This document shows, in pieces, positions 8,559 through 16,525 of a stretch of DNA of 48,387 bases. The stretch's first letter is position 1; every line of letters starts with the position of its first letter. Origin of the DNA: a virus (lineage: Duplodnaviria; Caudoviricetes); the IMG/VR virus record IMGVR_UViG_3300032155_000020, positions 1 to 48,387 of that record; one strand, 5' to 3'. The notes beneath the pieces are model-generated. The model saw only the letters and a program-made list of their open reading frames with translations. It was not told the DNA's origin and did not search any database. Made by a program: the position numbers and the translations under genes.

Positions 8559-8870
8559 CTACCTCGGCCTTCTGTACCGGCCCCCCTTCAGTTCAACCAG
8601 GCCATGGGCGAGCAGCCAGCGCACGGAGCGCGGGCGCTCGCCTTTTTTCACGTCCAGTTGCAGCAGGATCAGGTGCTTGAACCGTTCGGCTATCATGGTG
8701 GCGCGGGCCACGCGTTCGGGCGCTGGCGCGCCGCGCCGGTCGTGGTGCAGCAGCAGGCGGCGCGGGCGGCCATCCGCGTCGCGCAGGATCTCTGGCTTGC
8801 ACCCATTGGTCAGCAGCCAGGAGAGGGGGGCGAAGAGTTTCGAGTCGTCGCGGATCATGGGGCCGATCAT
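8559..8870 (-). CDS. Hypothetical basic protein (~100 aa; start uncertain)
   Basis: GC-rich ORF filling the gap between the moron and the hicA promoter; no recognised family. Confidence 0.45.
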   Translation of the reverse strand: MIGPMIRDDSKLFAPLSWLLTNGCKPEILRDADGRPRRLLLHHDRRGAPAPERVARATMIAERFKHLILLQLDVKKGERPRSVRWLLAHGLVELKGGRYRRPR

Positions 8871-8923
8871 ATCGCGCCCGGCCACGGGGTGAAGGTGGGT
8901 GCGCGGCTCCGGATGGGGAGGGA

Positions 8924-8971
8924 TACACACAAATACACACACGCGATTGACTGTGTGTAGAAAAGTGTGTA
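8924..8971 (+). promoter_or_regulatory. hicAB promoter/operator
   Basis: TACACAC x2 (8924-8930, 8934-8940) inverted against GTGTGTA x2 (8953-8959, 8965-8971) around TTGACT (8947-8952). Confidence 0.65.
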
Positions 8972-8992
8972 GATAAAATGCACGAGGTGCGC

Positions 8993-9172
8993 ATGAAGCG
9001 ATCACGCATCCTGAAGATCTTGGAGAAAGCGGGCTTCACCTTCAAGGAGGGGGGCAACCACACCAAGGCATACGACAGGGACGGGCGGTACAGGGCGGCG
9101 ATTCCGAGGCACAACGAGATCAAGGAGATGTTGGCCGCCCTCATCGAGAAGCAGACCGGAGTGAAGTTTTAA
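8993..9172 (+). CDS. hicA: HicA-family mRNase toxin
   Basis: 59 aa; LEKAGF...EGGNH...IPRHNEI pattern; GAGG RBS. Confidence 0.9.
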   Translation: MKRSRILKILEKAGFTFKEGGNHTKAYDRDGRYRAAIPRHNEIKEMLAALIEKQTGVKF

Positions 9173-9214
9173 CGAAACGGGGGGAGGGGGCACCTTCCCC
9201 CACCCGGAGCAGAT

Positions 9215-9652
9215 ATGCATTACTTCGCCATTTTCACGCCTGCCCGCGAAGGCGGGTATGTCATCACCTTTCCGGATATCCCCGAGGCGCTGTCGCAGGG
9301 GGATACGCTGGAAGAATGCATGGTGAACGCCCGCGACGTGCTGGCCGATTCGCTGGGCGAGTACGCCGCCGAACGGCGCGATCTTCCGGCCTCGTCCACC
9401 TACGAGCAGGTGCAGGAGCAGGCGCGGGCGCTGCGCGCGGAGCCGGGCGTGGACCCGGACCGGCCCCAGTTGCTTCAGCTGATCCACGCCCCCGCCGTGG
9501 ACCGCACGCCGGTGCGCATCAACATCAGCCTGCCCAAGTTTGCCCTGGAGGAACTGGACCGTCTGGCCCGCGCGCGCGGCATGAGCCGATCGGCCTTCAT
9601 TGCGGAAACCGCGTTGCAGGCAGCTGGGCGGAGCGAACGCGCGGCAGCCTGA
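9215..9652 (+). CDS. hicB: HicB-family antitoxin with C-terminal RHH domain
   Basis: GGYVITFPDIPEALSQGDTLEE; VRINISLP...GMSRSAFI. Confidence 0.93.
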   Translation: MHYFAIFTPAREGGYVITFPDIPEALSQGDTLEECMVNARDVLADSLGEYAAERRDLPASSTYEQVQEQARALRAEPGVDPDRPQLLQLIHAPAVDRTPVRINISLPKFALEELDRLARARGMSRSAFIAETALQAAGRSERAAA

Positions 9653-9677
9653 GCGGTAACGGCAGGGCAAGGGTAGG

Positions 9678-9715
9678 AAATGAAGCGGCCCGCATCTCGT
9701 GAGAGGTGCGGGCCG
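9678..9715 (+). repeat. 38-bp direct repeat copy 1 (terminator-like hairpin)
   Basis: AAATGAAGCGGCCCGCATCTCGTGAGAGGTGCGGGCCG, identical to 11297-11334. Confidence 0.9.
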
Positions 9716-9838
9716 CTTGGCTTTTAGAAGGCGCGCCCCTTGAAACGGTAGCTTGATTAGGGCAGTTAGTCCTACAGCGTGTGAATATAGGTGTTGTCGA
9801 TGTAAAACTTGATTACACATTCAGCGGAGGAGTTTACT

Positions 9839-10771
9839 GTGGCTGACAGGGTTTACAAGACGCTTCACTATCGTCGCGCGGTTTTTTCCAAAAACGGCCC
9901 CCGACCCAAGAAATTGGAAGCCTATGTGGGGGCAGCATTCAAAAACCTTGAAACTGTCGATGACCGTACGGTTGAAGTCCAGGGGAGAAATTATCAGGGG
10001 TCTGCCTATGCCGTGAAGGATCACATTGGGTGCTTTCTGCATGTTTCGACGTACATAGAAGGCGACCAGGCCTCGACGGTTCCTACGAATGGGAAGGTGC
10101 GAGAGGCCGACCTGCAGACAACGGATGCGCCGGACGGTACTGAGTTTGCTGAAGGGGATATCCACGCGCTGATTTCCGGGGATGATGTCCTCTTTTGCGC
10201 GACAGGGTTGAGAGACATGTCGCTCAAGCGGTATCTTGATGCGGTCTTTGATGCGGAGGGTGTTGAGGTCCCCTATTATGAGATCAAGCCTGCGGCCAAG
10301 GAGCTTGCCCTTCAGATGATCGCCGAGGGTGTGAAAGAAGTTGGAATTAATGCGGCGGCCAATAGAGCAGACCTCACCCATGCGCTTACTGGGGGGCAAG
10401 GTGCAAGTATTGGCGGAAGTATTGGCCAGTTCTTTGCTGCAATATCTGGTAAAGATAGGAAGCTTAGCGAAGCATTGTCTAGTTCAAACATGAATGTTGG
10501 GCTTAGTGTGAGGATTGAAGGGCGGGTTGGCGATGATGATGATCGCCTTGCGTTACTCGAAAAATTCGGGCAATATGTCATAGAAGATGATGAAGAGGAG
10601 TTTTTCTATATTGTCACAAAGTCAGGGACGCGCATAACGTCGCGTGACATATCGATAAAGCATTCAGCCCGCATGGATAAGAACGGAAAGAGCGTGTTCA
10701 GAACGGAAGCATGGGCGAGTCTTGAAAAAATGCTTCAAAAGTTGCGAGAAGATGGAATGGTAGATGGATAA
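9839..10771 (+). CDS. Hypothetical soluble protein (~310 aa), RexA/KwaB-like partner candidate
   Basis: GGAGGAG RBS before GTG 9839; no TM segments; stop overlaps the start of a 4-TM gene. Confidence 0.75.
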   Translation: MADRVYKTLHYRRAVFSKNGPRPKKLEAYVGAAFKNLETVDDRTVEVQGRNYQGSAYAVKDHIGCFLHVSTYIEGDQASTVPTNGKVREADLQTTDAPDGTEFAEGDIHALISGDDVLFCATGLRDMSLKRYLDAVFDAEGVEVPYYEIKPAAKELALQMIAEGVKEVGINAAANRADLTHALTGGQGASIGGSIGQFFAAISGKDRKLSEALSSSNMNVGLSVRIEGRVGDDDDRLALLEKFGQYVIEDDEEEFFYIVTKSGTRITSRDISIKHSARMDKNGKSVFRTEAWASLEKMLQKLREDGMVDG

Positions 10772-11279
10772 GCAGGTTTGGAGCAGGGTGCTGCTGGTGG
10801 CCGCTGCGATAGGGGCCGGTGCGACGGCGTTCTGGTTCTTCGCTAAAGCCTCTGACGACGCCTTGATGGGGTTGATCACCTATTTCTCGATCTCGTCAGG
10901 TGTGCTTGTGGCGGCGTTGACTCTTGTGGGCAACTCTACTTCTCTGCTTCCAAGGGGGGAGTGGAAGGTGTTGCAGGAGTATCAGAAGACATTCGGGCAG
11001 AAAGTGACGCGGTTGACCGTGTTGAGCTATGTGCAGATATTGGTCGTAGGCGCGTTATGCTTTGCCCTGTTTGTTGGCTGTGAGCACGTGGCCAGGCGGA
11101 TTGCCGTGAGCCTTGCTGCCTCTGCTTTTGTCTTGTCGCTCGGTGTTCCGGCGGCTATTTCCGGCATCTATCGGGAGTACTACCAGTTTGTAATCGACTA
11201 CGGCAGGCAGGATTCCCGCAGGCGGGTGAAGGTGTCTGGCACGCTGGAAGTCGGGCGCGGGAAGGATGAGGAAGTCTAG
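10764..11279 (+). CDS. Four-helix membrane protein (171 aa), RexB/KwaA-like partner candidate
   Basis: Four hydrophobic stretches; 8-bp overlap with the upstream gene. Confidence 0.75.
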   Translation: MDKQVWSRVLLVAAAIGAGATAFWFFAKASDDALMGLITYFSISSGVLVAALTLVGNSTSLLPRGEWKVLQEYQKTFGQKVTRLTVLSYVQILVVGALCFALFVGCEHVARRIAVSLAASAFVLSLGVPAAISGIYREYYQFVIDYGRQDSRRRVKVSGTLEVGRGKDEEV

Positions 11280-11296
11280 TCTGGTTGTCTGAGAAC

Positions 11297-11334
11297 AAAT
11301 GAAGCGGCCCGCATCTCGTGAGAGGTGCGGGCCG
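11297..11334 (+). repeat. 38-bp direct repeat copy 2 (terminator hairpin, followed by TGTTTTTGTTT)
   Basis: Identical to 9678-9715; lies between convergent genes. Confidence 0.9.
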
Positions 11335-11343
11335 TGTTTTTGT

Positions 11344-12495
11344 TTAGTCCTTCCCTTGCGTTTTTATCGGGATGGTGCATTCAAGCGTGGTGGGGACGCT
11401 CATTGGGTTTGGATCAATTTTGCTCATTACGTGCTCTTCAAATGAAGCAAGTCCGGCGTTGATGTCTCTTTTGTTTGTTTTCATAAGTTCTATATAGTAT
11501 GGTATGAACTCGCAAATTGCTGTTCTCGAGTCGTATTGTCCGAGTTCTGATGATATTCTGTTGTAGTGCATCATGCATATTCTGAAATAATATATTAGTA
11601 TTATTTCTATCGATATGGTGAGTATTAGGGGTATTGTTGTGTTTGAGTTGTTGATTAAGAAATTTATTGCGGCGCTTGGCGCGGAGTCGTTGCTGGTGGC
11701 GGTCGCTTGCTGTGTGTGTTCCGTCTGGGGTGTTGTTGTTGATAGATAGAGTTTGATTGCGGGGACTGCGATTATCGCAAGGGCTATTATGAGAGACAAC
11801 GTGAGTGTGATGATGCGTGATTTCTTTTTCGCATTCATTTGCCGAATAAAGCCGGAGTTGAGGAGGTTGAACGTGCCCTGGGATTTTGCAACTTCTACAC
11901 GCTCGTATAGTTCGTCTAGATTTTCTATTGCGTTGTTAAATGCTTGTATTTTTTCTGCTGCAGAGTTTTTAAGAGAGTCTTCTGCTGTACGAATTGAGCT
12001 TTCAATGTTCTCCAAGTCTTTTTTTGCTGTACTGATTTTGTATTCTGTATATCGTGCTGTGATGTTTGTTATTGATTCGAGGTATACATTTCTGTAGTGT
12101 ATTGGGAGAAGGGTGCTGAGGTTGAGTCCTGCCCATATGAATGCAGCTTCGTTAAGTTCTCCAATGCTCAGTGTTCCACTGGTAAGTGATTTTATTTTTG
12201 TTATTTGAGCGCAGTATATATATATTATTGCAAGATTTTCTTTGGTGTATTTTCGTGTTTTGAATGTATAGAAAAATATATCTAGCTTTTCGTCTGCAAG
12301 ATTTGGATATACAGAATAAATTGAAATTTGTTCGACGCTGAAGTCATTTGTATAATTGCTGTCAAAATTATTTGCCCACGTAGCAATAGTCAGTGTCAAG
12401 TCGTCGTTTTTAAGGCTTTCTGGCACATCACGGATAAACGCTTGTAATTGAGTTTGGAATTCTATGCCGCGAGACTCAGCTTCGGTAGGAGTCAT
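11344..12495 (-). CDS. AT-rich coiled-coil plus two-TM hypothetical protein (383 aa)
   Basis: Long AT-rich ORF; heptad region (KKDLENIESSIRTAEDSLK), two TM segments, C-terminal YYFRI...R..ICEFIPYY. Confidence 0.75.
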   Translation of the reverse strand: MTPTEAESRGIEFQTQLQAFIRDVPESLKNDDLTLTIATWANNFDSNYTNDFSVEQISIYSVYPNLADEKLDIFFYTFKTRKYTKENLAIIYIYCAQITKIKSLTSGTLSIGELNEAAFIWAGLNLSTLLPIHYRNVYLESITNITARYTEYKISTAKKDLENIESSIRTAEDSLKNSAAEKIQAFNNAIENLDELYERVEVAKSQGTFNLLNSGFIRQMNAKKKSRIITLTLSLIIALAIIAVPAIKLYLSTTTPQTEHTQQATATSNDSAPSAAINFLINNSNTTIPLILTISIEIILIYYFRICMMHYNRISSELGQYDSRTAICEFIPYYIELMKTNKRDINAGLASFEEHVMSKIDPNPMSVPTTLECTIPIKTQGKD

Positions 12496-12535
12496 TATGG
12501 TTGTTCCTTTGTCGGCGGTGGTGGTTTGCCATCTC

Positions 12536-12637
12536 TTGACACCTCTGCCCCCTATAGGTCAATCTGTCCGCAGGTGCTCGTAACACCTTGTCTCCAAGGC
12601 GGCCATCACGCCCGTCAGCCGTGGTTTTTTTGCGCCC
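12536..12637 (+). promoter_or_regulatory. Promoter plus a1/b1 target leader of C4-like module 1
   Basis: TTGACA 12536-12541 ... CAATCT 12560-12565; hairpin AGGTG-CTCGTAA-CACCT; TCCAAGG; hairpin plus T-run GTGGTTTTTTT. Confidence 0.7.
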
Positions 12638-12715
12638 TCCGTCCGGCGGTGGCCATGCGTCTTGCGCATGGTCCGCGCTGCCATTAGGAGTGGTGCACCC
12701 ATCCCACGCGATATT

Positions 12716-12792
12716 CTGTCGGGAGTTGGCTAATACAATACCCTTCGGGGGAATACGCCAGCCGCCCTTGGACGGTTACGAGCTCCCGGCAG
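12716..12792 (+). ncRNA. C4/CI-like phage antisense RNA, copy 1
   Basis: Closing stem CTGTCGGGAG/CTCCCGGCAG; CCC-TTCG-GGG hairpin; b' CCTTGGA (12766-12772) and a' GTTACGAG (12775-12782) are complementary to upstream and downstream boxes. Confidence 0.8.
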
Positions 12793-12837
12793 CTTTCTCG
12801 TAAGAGGCTGCCAATCGTACAATCCAAGGAGCCTCAC

Positions 12838-13431
12838 ATGACCCCCACCCCCATCTTGTCCGCGTTCATCGTAGAGCGCGGCCACCTGCTGGCCGAGGCC
12901 GTGGCCGAACTGGGTGCCCAGTTCGCGTTGCCCGCCGAATGCGTCCACCTTTCCGTGCGTCCTGCCTTGTGCGCCGCCCAGGGCGACCTTGCCGAACTGG
13001 ACGAGCTGCTGCACGAATCGCTGCCCGATCTGGACGGTGGCCCCGATGGCGACCCCACCGGCGGCCTGCCCGGCAACCTGTCCGGCGATCCGTCCGGAGC
13101 GCCCGCGCTGGTCCCCTTGGCGTTGCAGGTGGTGTCCCTGCGCCTGTTGGGGCTGTCGCGTTCCGTGGGCGCGCACGTGGCCTTTCTGTCCGGGCCGGAG
13201 CGCCTGGCCGTGGACTGGCTGGCCCATCGCGCGGCGGCGCTTTCGCAGCAGGCGGCCCGGCTTTCCGTCTCCGCGTGCGAGGCGGTGGCCGAAGCCGCAG
13301 CCAGTCTTGCGCCGTCCGTTGCCCAAGACGCATTGCCTGATGTAGGTTCGCCGTTCGCGCAAACCGGCCACAGGGGGACCACGGCATCCGCGCGTCCTGA
13401 AACCTCAACCCCTGTGGAGGCGGCAGCATGA
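12838..13431 (+). CDS. Hypothetical helical protein gated by C4-like RNA 1 (paralog of 36655..37122)
   Basis: AAGGAG RBS inside the b2 box; shares TP.lS...R...LA and RLA.dWL..R...LS..A.R with 36655..37122. Confidence 0.7.
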   Translation: MTPTPILSAFIVERGHLLAEAVAELGAQFALPAECVHLSVRPALCAAQGDLAELDELLHESLPDLDGGPDGDPTGGLPGNLSGDPSGAPALVPLALQVVSLRLLGLSRSVGAHVAFLSGPERLAVDWLAHRAAALSQQAARLSVSACEAVAEAAASLAPSVAQDALPDVGSPFAQTGHRGTTASARPETSTPVEAAA

Positions 13432-13691
13432 CCACCCACAGGAACCCACGCTACAAGGACGCCTTTGCCGTCGTCTCCGGGCTGGACCGCCTGCAACACG
13501 ATCTCGTGGATCTGCAAGCAGAGGTGTCGGGCGCGGCGTCGGGCCTTCGCCGCGTGCTGCACAGCCAGCAGCGCCGCCACCAGTCCGCCAGTGTGTTGCA
13601 GAACCTCCAACGCCAGCTTGCCTGGCTGTCGGGCGATGTGGCGCGCATGCATGCCGCCCTCGTGCAGGAGGAGACACACCATGGACGTTGA
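13428..13691 (+). CDS. Small coiled-coil hypothetical protein
   Basis: ATGA-coupled to the upstream gene; GGAGG RBS; amphipathic helices. Confidence 0.6.
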   Translation: MTTHRNPRYKDAFAVVSGLDRLQHDLVDLQAEVSGAASGLRRVLHSQQRRHQSASVLQNLQRQLAWLSGDVARMHAALVQEETHHGR

Positions 13692-13923
13692 CCCCATCGG
13701 ACGCATCTACAGCCACGCGGCGGCGCTGCGCACCATCGCCGCCCGCCTGCCGGAAGAACACGGCGGCCTCGCGCTGATTCTGGCCCTGCTGGGCGAAGAT
13801 CTGCAACACTGCGGAGAGGCACTGGACGACACCCCCTGCGCAGCCGCCAGCGCCCCCGCGCGCGGCGGAACAGGGGCCGGGCAGGGCGACGGCCCGCCGT
13901 GGGCCTGCGGTCGCCCCTCCTAG
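13681..13923 (+). CDS. Small helical hypothetical protein (MDVDPIGRIYSHAAALR...)
   Basis: GGAGGAG RBS; overlaps the previous stop; 80 aa. Confidence 0.6.
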   Translation: MDVDPIGRIYSHAAALRTIAARLPEEHGGLALILALLGEDLQHCGEALDDTPCAAASAPARGGTGAGQGDGPPWACGRPS

Positions 13924-13952
13924 CCCGCCCCTGAAGATCACCCCATAACGAA

Positions 13953-13984
13953 ACGCCCCCGGCATCGGTTGATGTCGGGGGCGT
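13953..13984. terminator. Terminator-like hairpin ending module 1
   Basis: ACGCCCCCGGCATC-GGTT-GATGTCGGGGGCGT. Confidence 0.65.
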
Positions 13985-14071
13985 ATTGCCGTGTGAATAT
14001 GTATTGACGCGCAAGGATTGCTTGGATAATTTTCTCAACTCAAAGAGAAACCACGGTTTTTGAAAAAGGTC

Positions 14072-14100
14072 TTGACAGGTTTTTGTCGGATGCGTAGGTT
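14072..14100 (+). promoter_or_regulatory. Promoter for the RNA-abi locus
   Basis: TTGACA-17 bp-TAGGTT; a second candidate TTGACG-17 bp-TAATTT at 14004-14032. Confidence 0.65.
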
Positions 14101-14115
14101 TTCTCCACACCATTG

Positions 14116-14184
14116 AATAATACCTACTGCCCCTCATGGAAACATGGGTAATTCGCGTTTGCGGGGGCGGTAGGTTATTTTTTT
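14116..14184 (+). ncRNA. abiF-type structured RNA (candidate RNA antitoxin / leader)
   Basis: Closing stem ACCTACTGCCCC/GGGGCGGTAGGT enclosing CATG-GAAA-CATG and CGC-GTTT-GCG hairpins, followed by a T-run, directly upstream of an Abi_2 gene. Confidence 0.65.
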
Positions 14185-14197
14185 ATCTGGTGAAAAT

Positions 14198-15124
14198 ATG
14201 CGACATTTTGAAAAGCGGGCGATTTCTTTAGAAGAGCAGCTTGATTTGTTGCGTGTGCGGGGGCTGCAAATTGATGATGAGGATAGGGCTGCCCGCTATC
14301 TTCGGACCATAGGCTACTACCGTCTCTCTGCGTATTTTTCCCCCTACCAAAGCCCGAAAGATGTCTTTGCTCCTGGCGTCGCCTTTGATGACGTGTTGGA
14401 CTTGTACATCGCAGACAGAAAGCTCCGCCTCCTTGCTCTTGATGCCATGGAACGCATTGAGGTCGCTGTCAGGACGGCGATCTCAAATGTGATGTCTTCT
14501 CGCTGTGGACCACATTGGTACATGGATTCGGGCAATTTTACGGACGATTTTCTCGAGTTCCGTCCTCACGGCGGCAAGACAAAATTTGAAGAATTCATTG
14601 GGAATGTTGAGTATTGTACGGGGGCAAGGGCTCCAGGTCGTAGAAATTCATCGTGTAAGCACTACTTTGCAACGTATAATTCGCCGGATTTGCCGCCGTC
14701 ATGGATGATTATTGAAGTTCTTCCCATGGGAGCATGGTCGAAGGTATATGATGGGATTCGAAAGGTGGAATATCAGAAGCGGATTGCTTCACAGTTTTCT
14801 TTCGATCATAAGCATTTTGCATCGTGGGTCCACGCGCTGACACTTATCCGGAATTGTCTCGCTCATCATTGTCGGTTTTGGAATCATCAGTTTCCGCCGA
14901 AAGCAAAAAATGTTCATGAATATACGCATGACGGAATAATTCTGGGTACACCGTATGCTAATTTTGCAATGATAAATGCGGTATTGAAGAGGTTTACGCA
15001 CCATTCTACGTGGCCGCAGCGTCTCTATGAGCAGTTGTCGGAGTGGCCGCTTGATGTCCATATGTACATGAAGTTTCCGCATGAGTGGCACGCTCATGAA
15101 TTTTGGAGCGGAGTAGCCGGATAG
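14198..15124 (+). CDS. Abi_2 (AbiD/AbiF-like) HEPN RNase, abortive-infection family
   Basis: EEQLDLLRVRGL, L..IGYYRLSAY, LY..DRKLR, IEVAVRT, PPSWMIIEVL and the HEPN motif IRNCLAHH. Confidence 0.92.
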   Translation: MRHFEKRAISLEEQLDLLRVRGLQIDDEDRAARYLRTIGYYRLSAYFSPYQSPKDVFAPGVAFDDVLDLYIADRKLRLLALDAMERIEVAVRTAISNVMSSRCGPHWYMDSGNFTDDFLEFRPHGGKTKFEEFIGNVEYCTGARAPGRRNSSCKHYFATYNSPDLPPSWMIIEVLPMGAWSKVYDGIRKVEYQKRIASQFSFDHKHFASWVHALTLIRNCLAHHCRFWNHQFPPKAKNVHEYTHDGIILGTPYANFAMINAVLKRFTHHSTWPQRLYEQLSEWPLDVHMYMKFPHEWHAHEFWSGVAG

Positions 15125-15133
15125 CATGACTGT

Positions 15134-15352
15134 TTATGCTCTATGGGCGTTCAGAATCACCGCATGATGTGCCATACTGCTGTGCTTTAATCCCGACGGT
15201 GACAGCGTGTGCGCAAACTCCAGGTGCATGACGAAGCTGTGACCGCATTCGGCGTTGTTGCACACGCAGTACAGCTTGGTGAAGCGGGGGGTTATCTCCC
15301 GGCGGGTGGTAATGCGGGCCTTGCCGTGGCACTTGTCGCAGATAATGCGCAT
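15134..15352 (-). CDS. ogr: Ogr/Delta-like zinc-finger late activator
   Basis: CDKCHGKARI...LYCVCNNAECGHSF; GGAGG RBS; downstream of portal as in HP1/K139-type phages. Confidence 0.9.
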   Translation of the reverse strand: MRIICDKCHGKARITTRREITPRFTKLYCVCNNAECGHSFVMHLEFAHTLSPSGLKHSSMAHHAVILNAHRA

Positions 15353-15428
15353 GGTGTTCATCCTCCTGCACAAACACAATGACAAGGGGGCGTTGCTGTC
15401 AATCGGGCAGCAAGTCCTATGCGTTTCG

Positions 15429-15459
15429 CCCGCCGGTGGTCAGGCCACCGGCGGGTTTT
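15429..15459 (+). terminator. Hairpin at the portal stop codon
   Basis: CCCGCCGGTGG-TCAGG-CCACCGGCGGG-TTTT. Confidence 0.55.
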
Positions 15460-16507
15460 CCGTTTGCGGGGCAAAGCCCACGCGGGCGGCGGGCGGCAGG
15501 TGCTCGTTCACTTCCAGCAGCAGCTCGCGCACCGGGGTTATCTCGTTCTTCTCGTACACCGCGTCTATCTTGGTTATGTCGCCAAAGCCGCCGGTGTTGT
15601 TGGGGATAATGCTGGCCATGGCCGGGGGTATGCGGTGCGCGGCGATAATGTCGTCGCGGCTGATGTTCTTGATCTTCTCCAGCTCGTCCCGCGTGCTGAA
15701 GTCGCCCACCGGCAGTATCTGCACGTCCTTCTCGCGCCCGTTGGGTATGTGCAGGAACATGTTGCGAAAGTTGCCTATGCCCTTGCTACCCTCTATGGCG
15801 GCGCGAATGCGGTCGCGGTCGTCCGCCTCCAGCGAGCTGGAAGAAGAATAGAACACGTAGCCCATGTGCGCGCCGTTGCGGTAGTACCGGCGGCGGAACA
15901 GGGTGGCGTCCTCGTTCAGCAGCATGGACTGGATGGCCCCCAGGTACGATGGCAGGCCGTATATGGTCTGGCTGACATCGTAGTTGCGGATATGCACCAC
16001 CTCGCCGGGGGCAAAGCGGTGGATCTGCCCGGTCAGGGTCAGCAGGCCGTAGCAGTCCTCCTCCTTCATGCGGCGCATGTTGATGGCGGGCAGGTGGCGC
16101 AGCTGCACCACCTCGCCATACCAGTTGCGGATCTTCTGCAGGTACCCGTTGGCGAACACCAGGTAGTCGGTGGTCATGGCGTGCATGGCCCGCCGGGGCA
16201 GCGCCGCCGTGGGCACAAAGCCGCGCAGCACCACGTTGGTTTTGAATTCCAGCAGGGGGCCGTGGTAGGCGTTGGCCCGCAGCAGCCGGGCCAGTCCGCG
16301 CAGGGGCACCGGCGGCTGGTAGTAGCTGCCGTTGTCCAGCAGCCACACCCCAAGGTGGTCGTACACCGCCCCGGCCAGCGCCGGTTCCGGGTCGCCAAAG
16401 GTAAAGGCCTGCACCCCGCGCAGGGCATCGTTGATGATCGCCCCGGCGTCGGCCCCCGGCGCGGGCCGGGTGGTGCTGGCGTGCTTTCTCGTTCTGGCCC
16501 TGGCCAT
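15440..16507 (-). CDS. PBSX-family portal protein (P2 gpQ-like)
   Basis: AFTFGDPE, YYQPP, IYGLPSYLG, LLNEDATLFRRRYYRNGAHMG, GIGNFRNMF, AAHRIPP, GGFGD. Confidence 0.95.
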   Translation of the reverse strand: MARARTRKHASTTRPAPGADAGAIINDALRGVQAFTFGDPEPALAGAVYDHLGVWLLDNGSYYQPPVPLRGLARLLRANAYHGPLLEFKTNVVLRGFVPTAALPRRAMHAMTTDYLVFANGYLQKIRNWYGEVVQLRHLPAINMRRMKEEDCYGLLTLTGQIHRFAPGEVVHIRNYDVSQTIYGLPSYLGAIQSMLLNEDATLFRRRYYRNGAHMGYVFYSSSSSLEADDRDRIRAAIEGSKGIGNFRNMFLHIPNGREKDVQILPVGDFSTRDELEKIKNISRDDIIAAHRIPPAMASIIPNNTGGFGDITKIDAVYEKNEITPVRELLLEVNEHLPPAARVGFAPQTENPPVA

Positions 16508-16525
16508 GTATCCCTCCTGTTTGCG

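Noticed and set aside
9678-11334. IS or composite transposon
   Set aside because: Flanks are direct hairpin repeats, not terminal inverted repeats, and no transposase is enclosed.
12716-12792. tRNA gene (cloverleaf-like fold; also 37170-37247)
   Set aside because: No T-loop GTTCRA or D-loop consensus; boxes complementary to flanking targets indicate a C4-like RNA.
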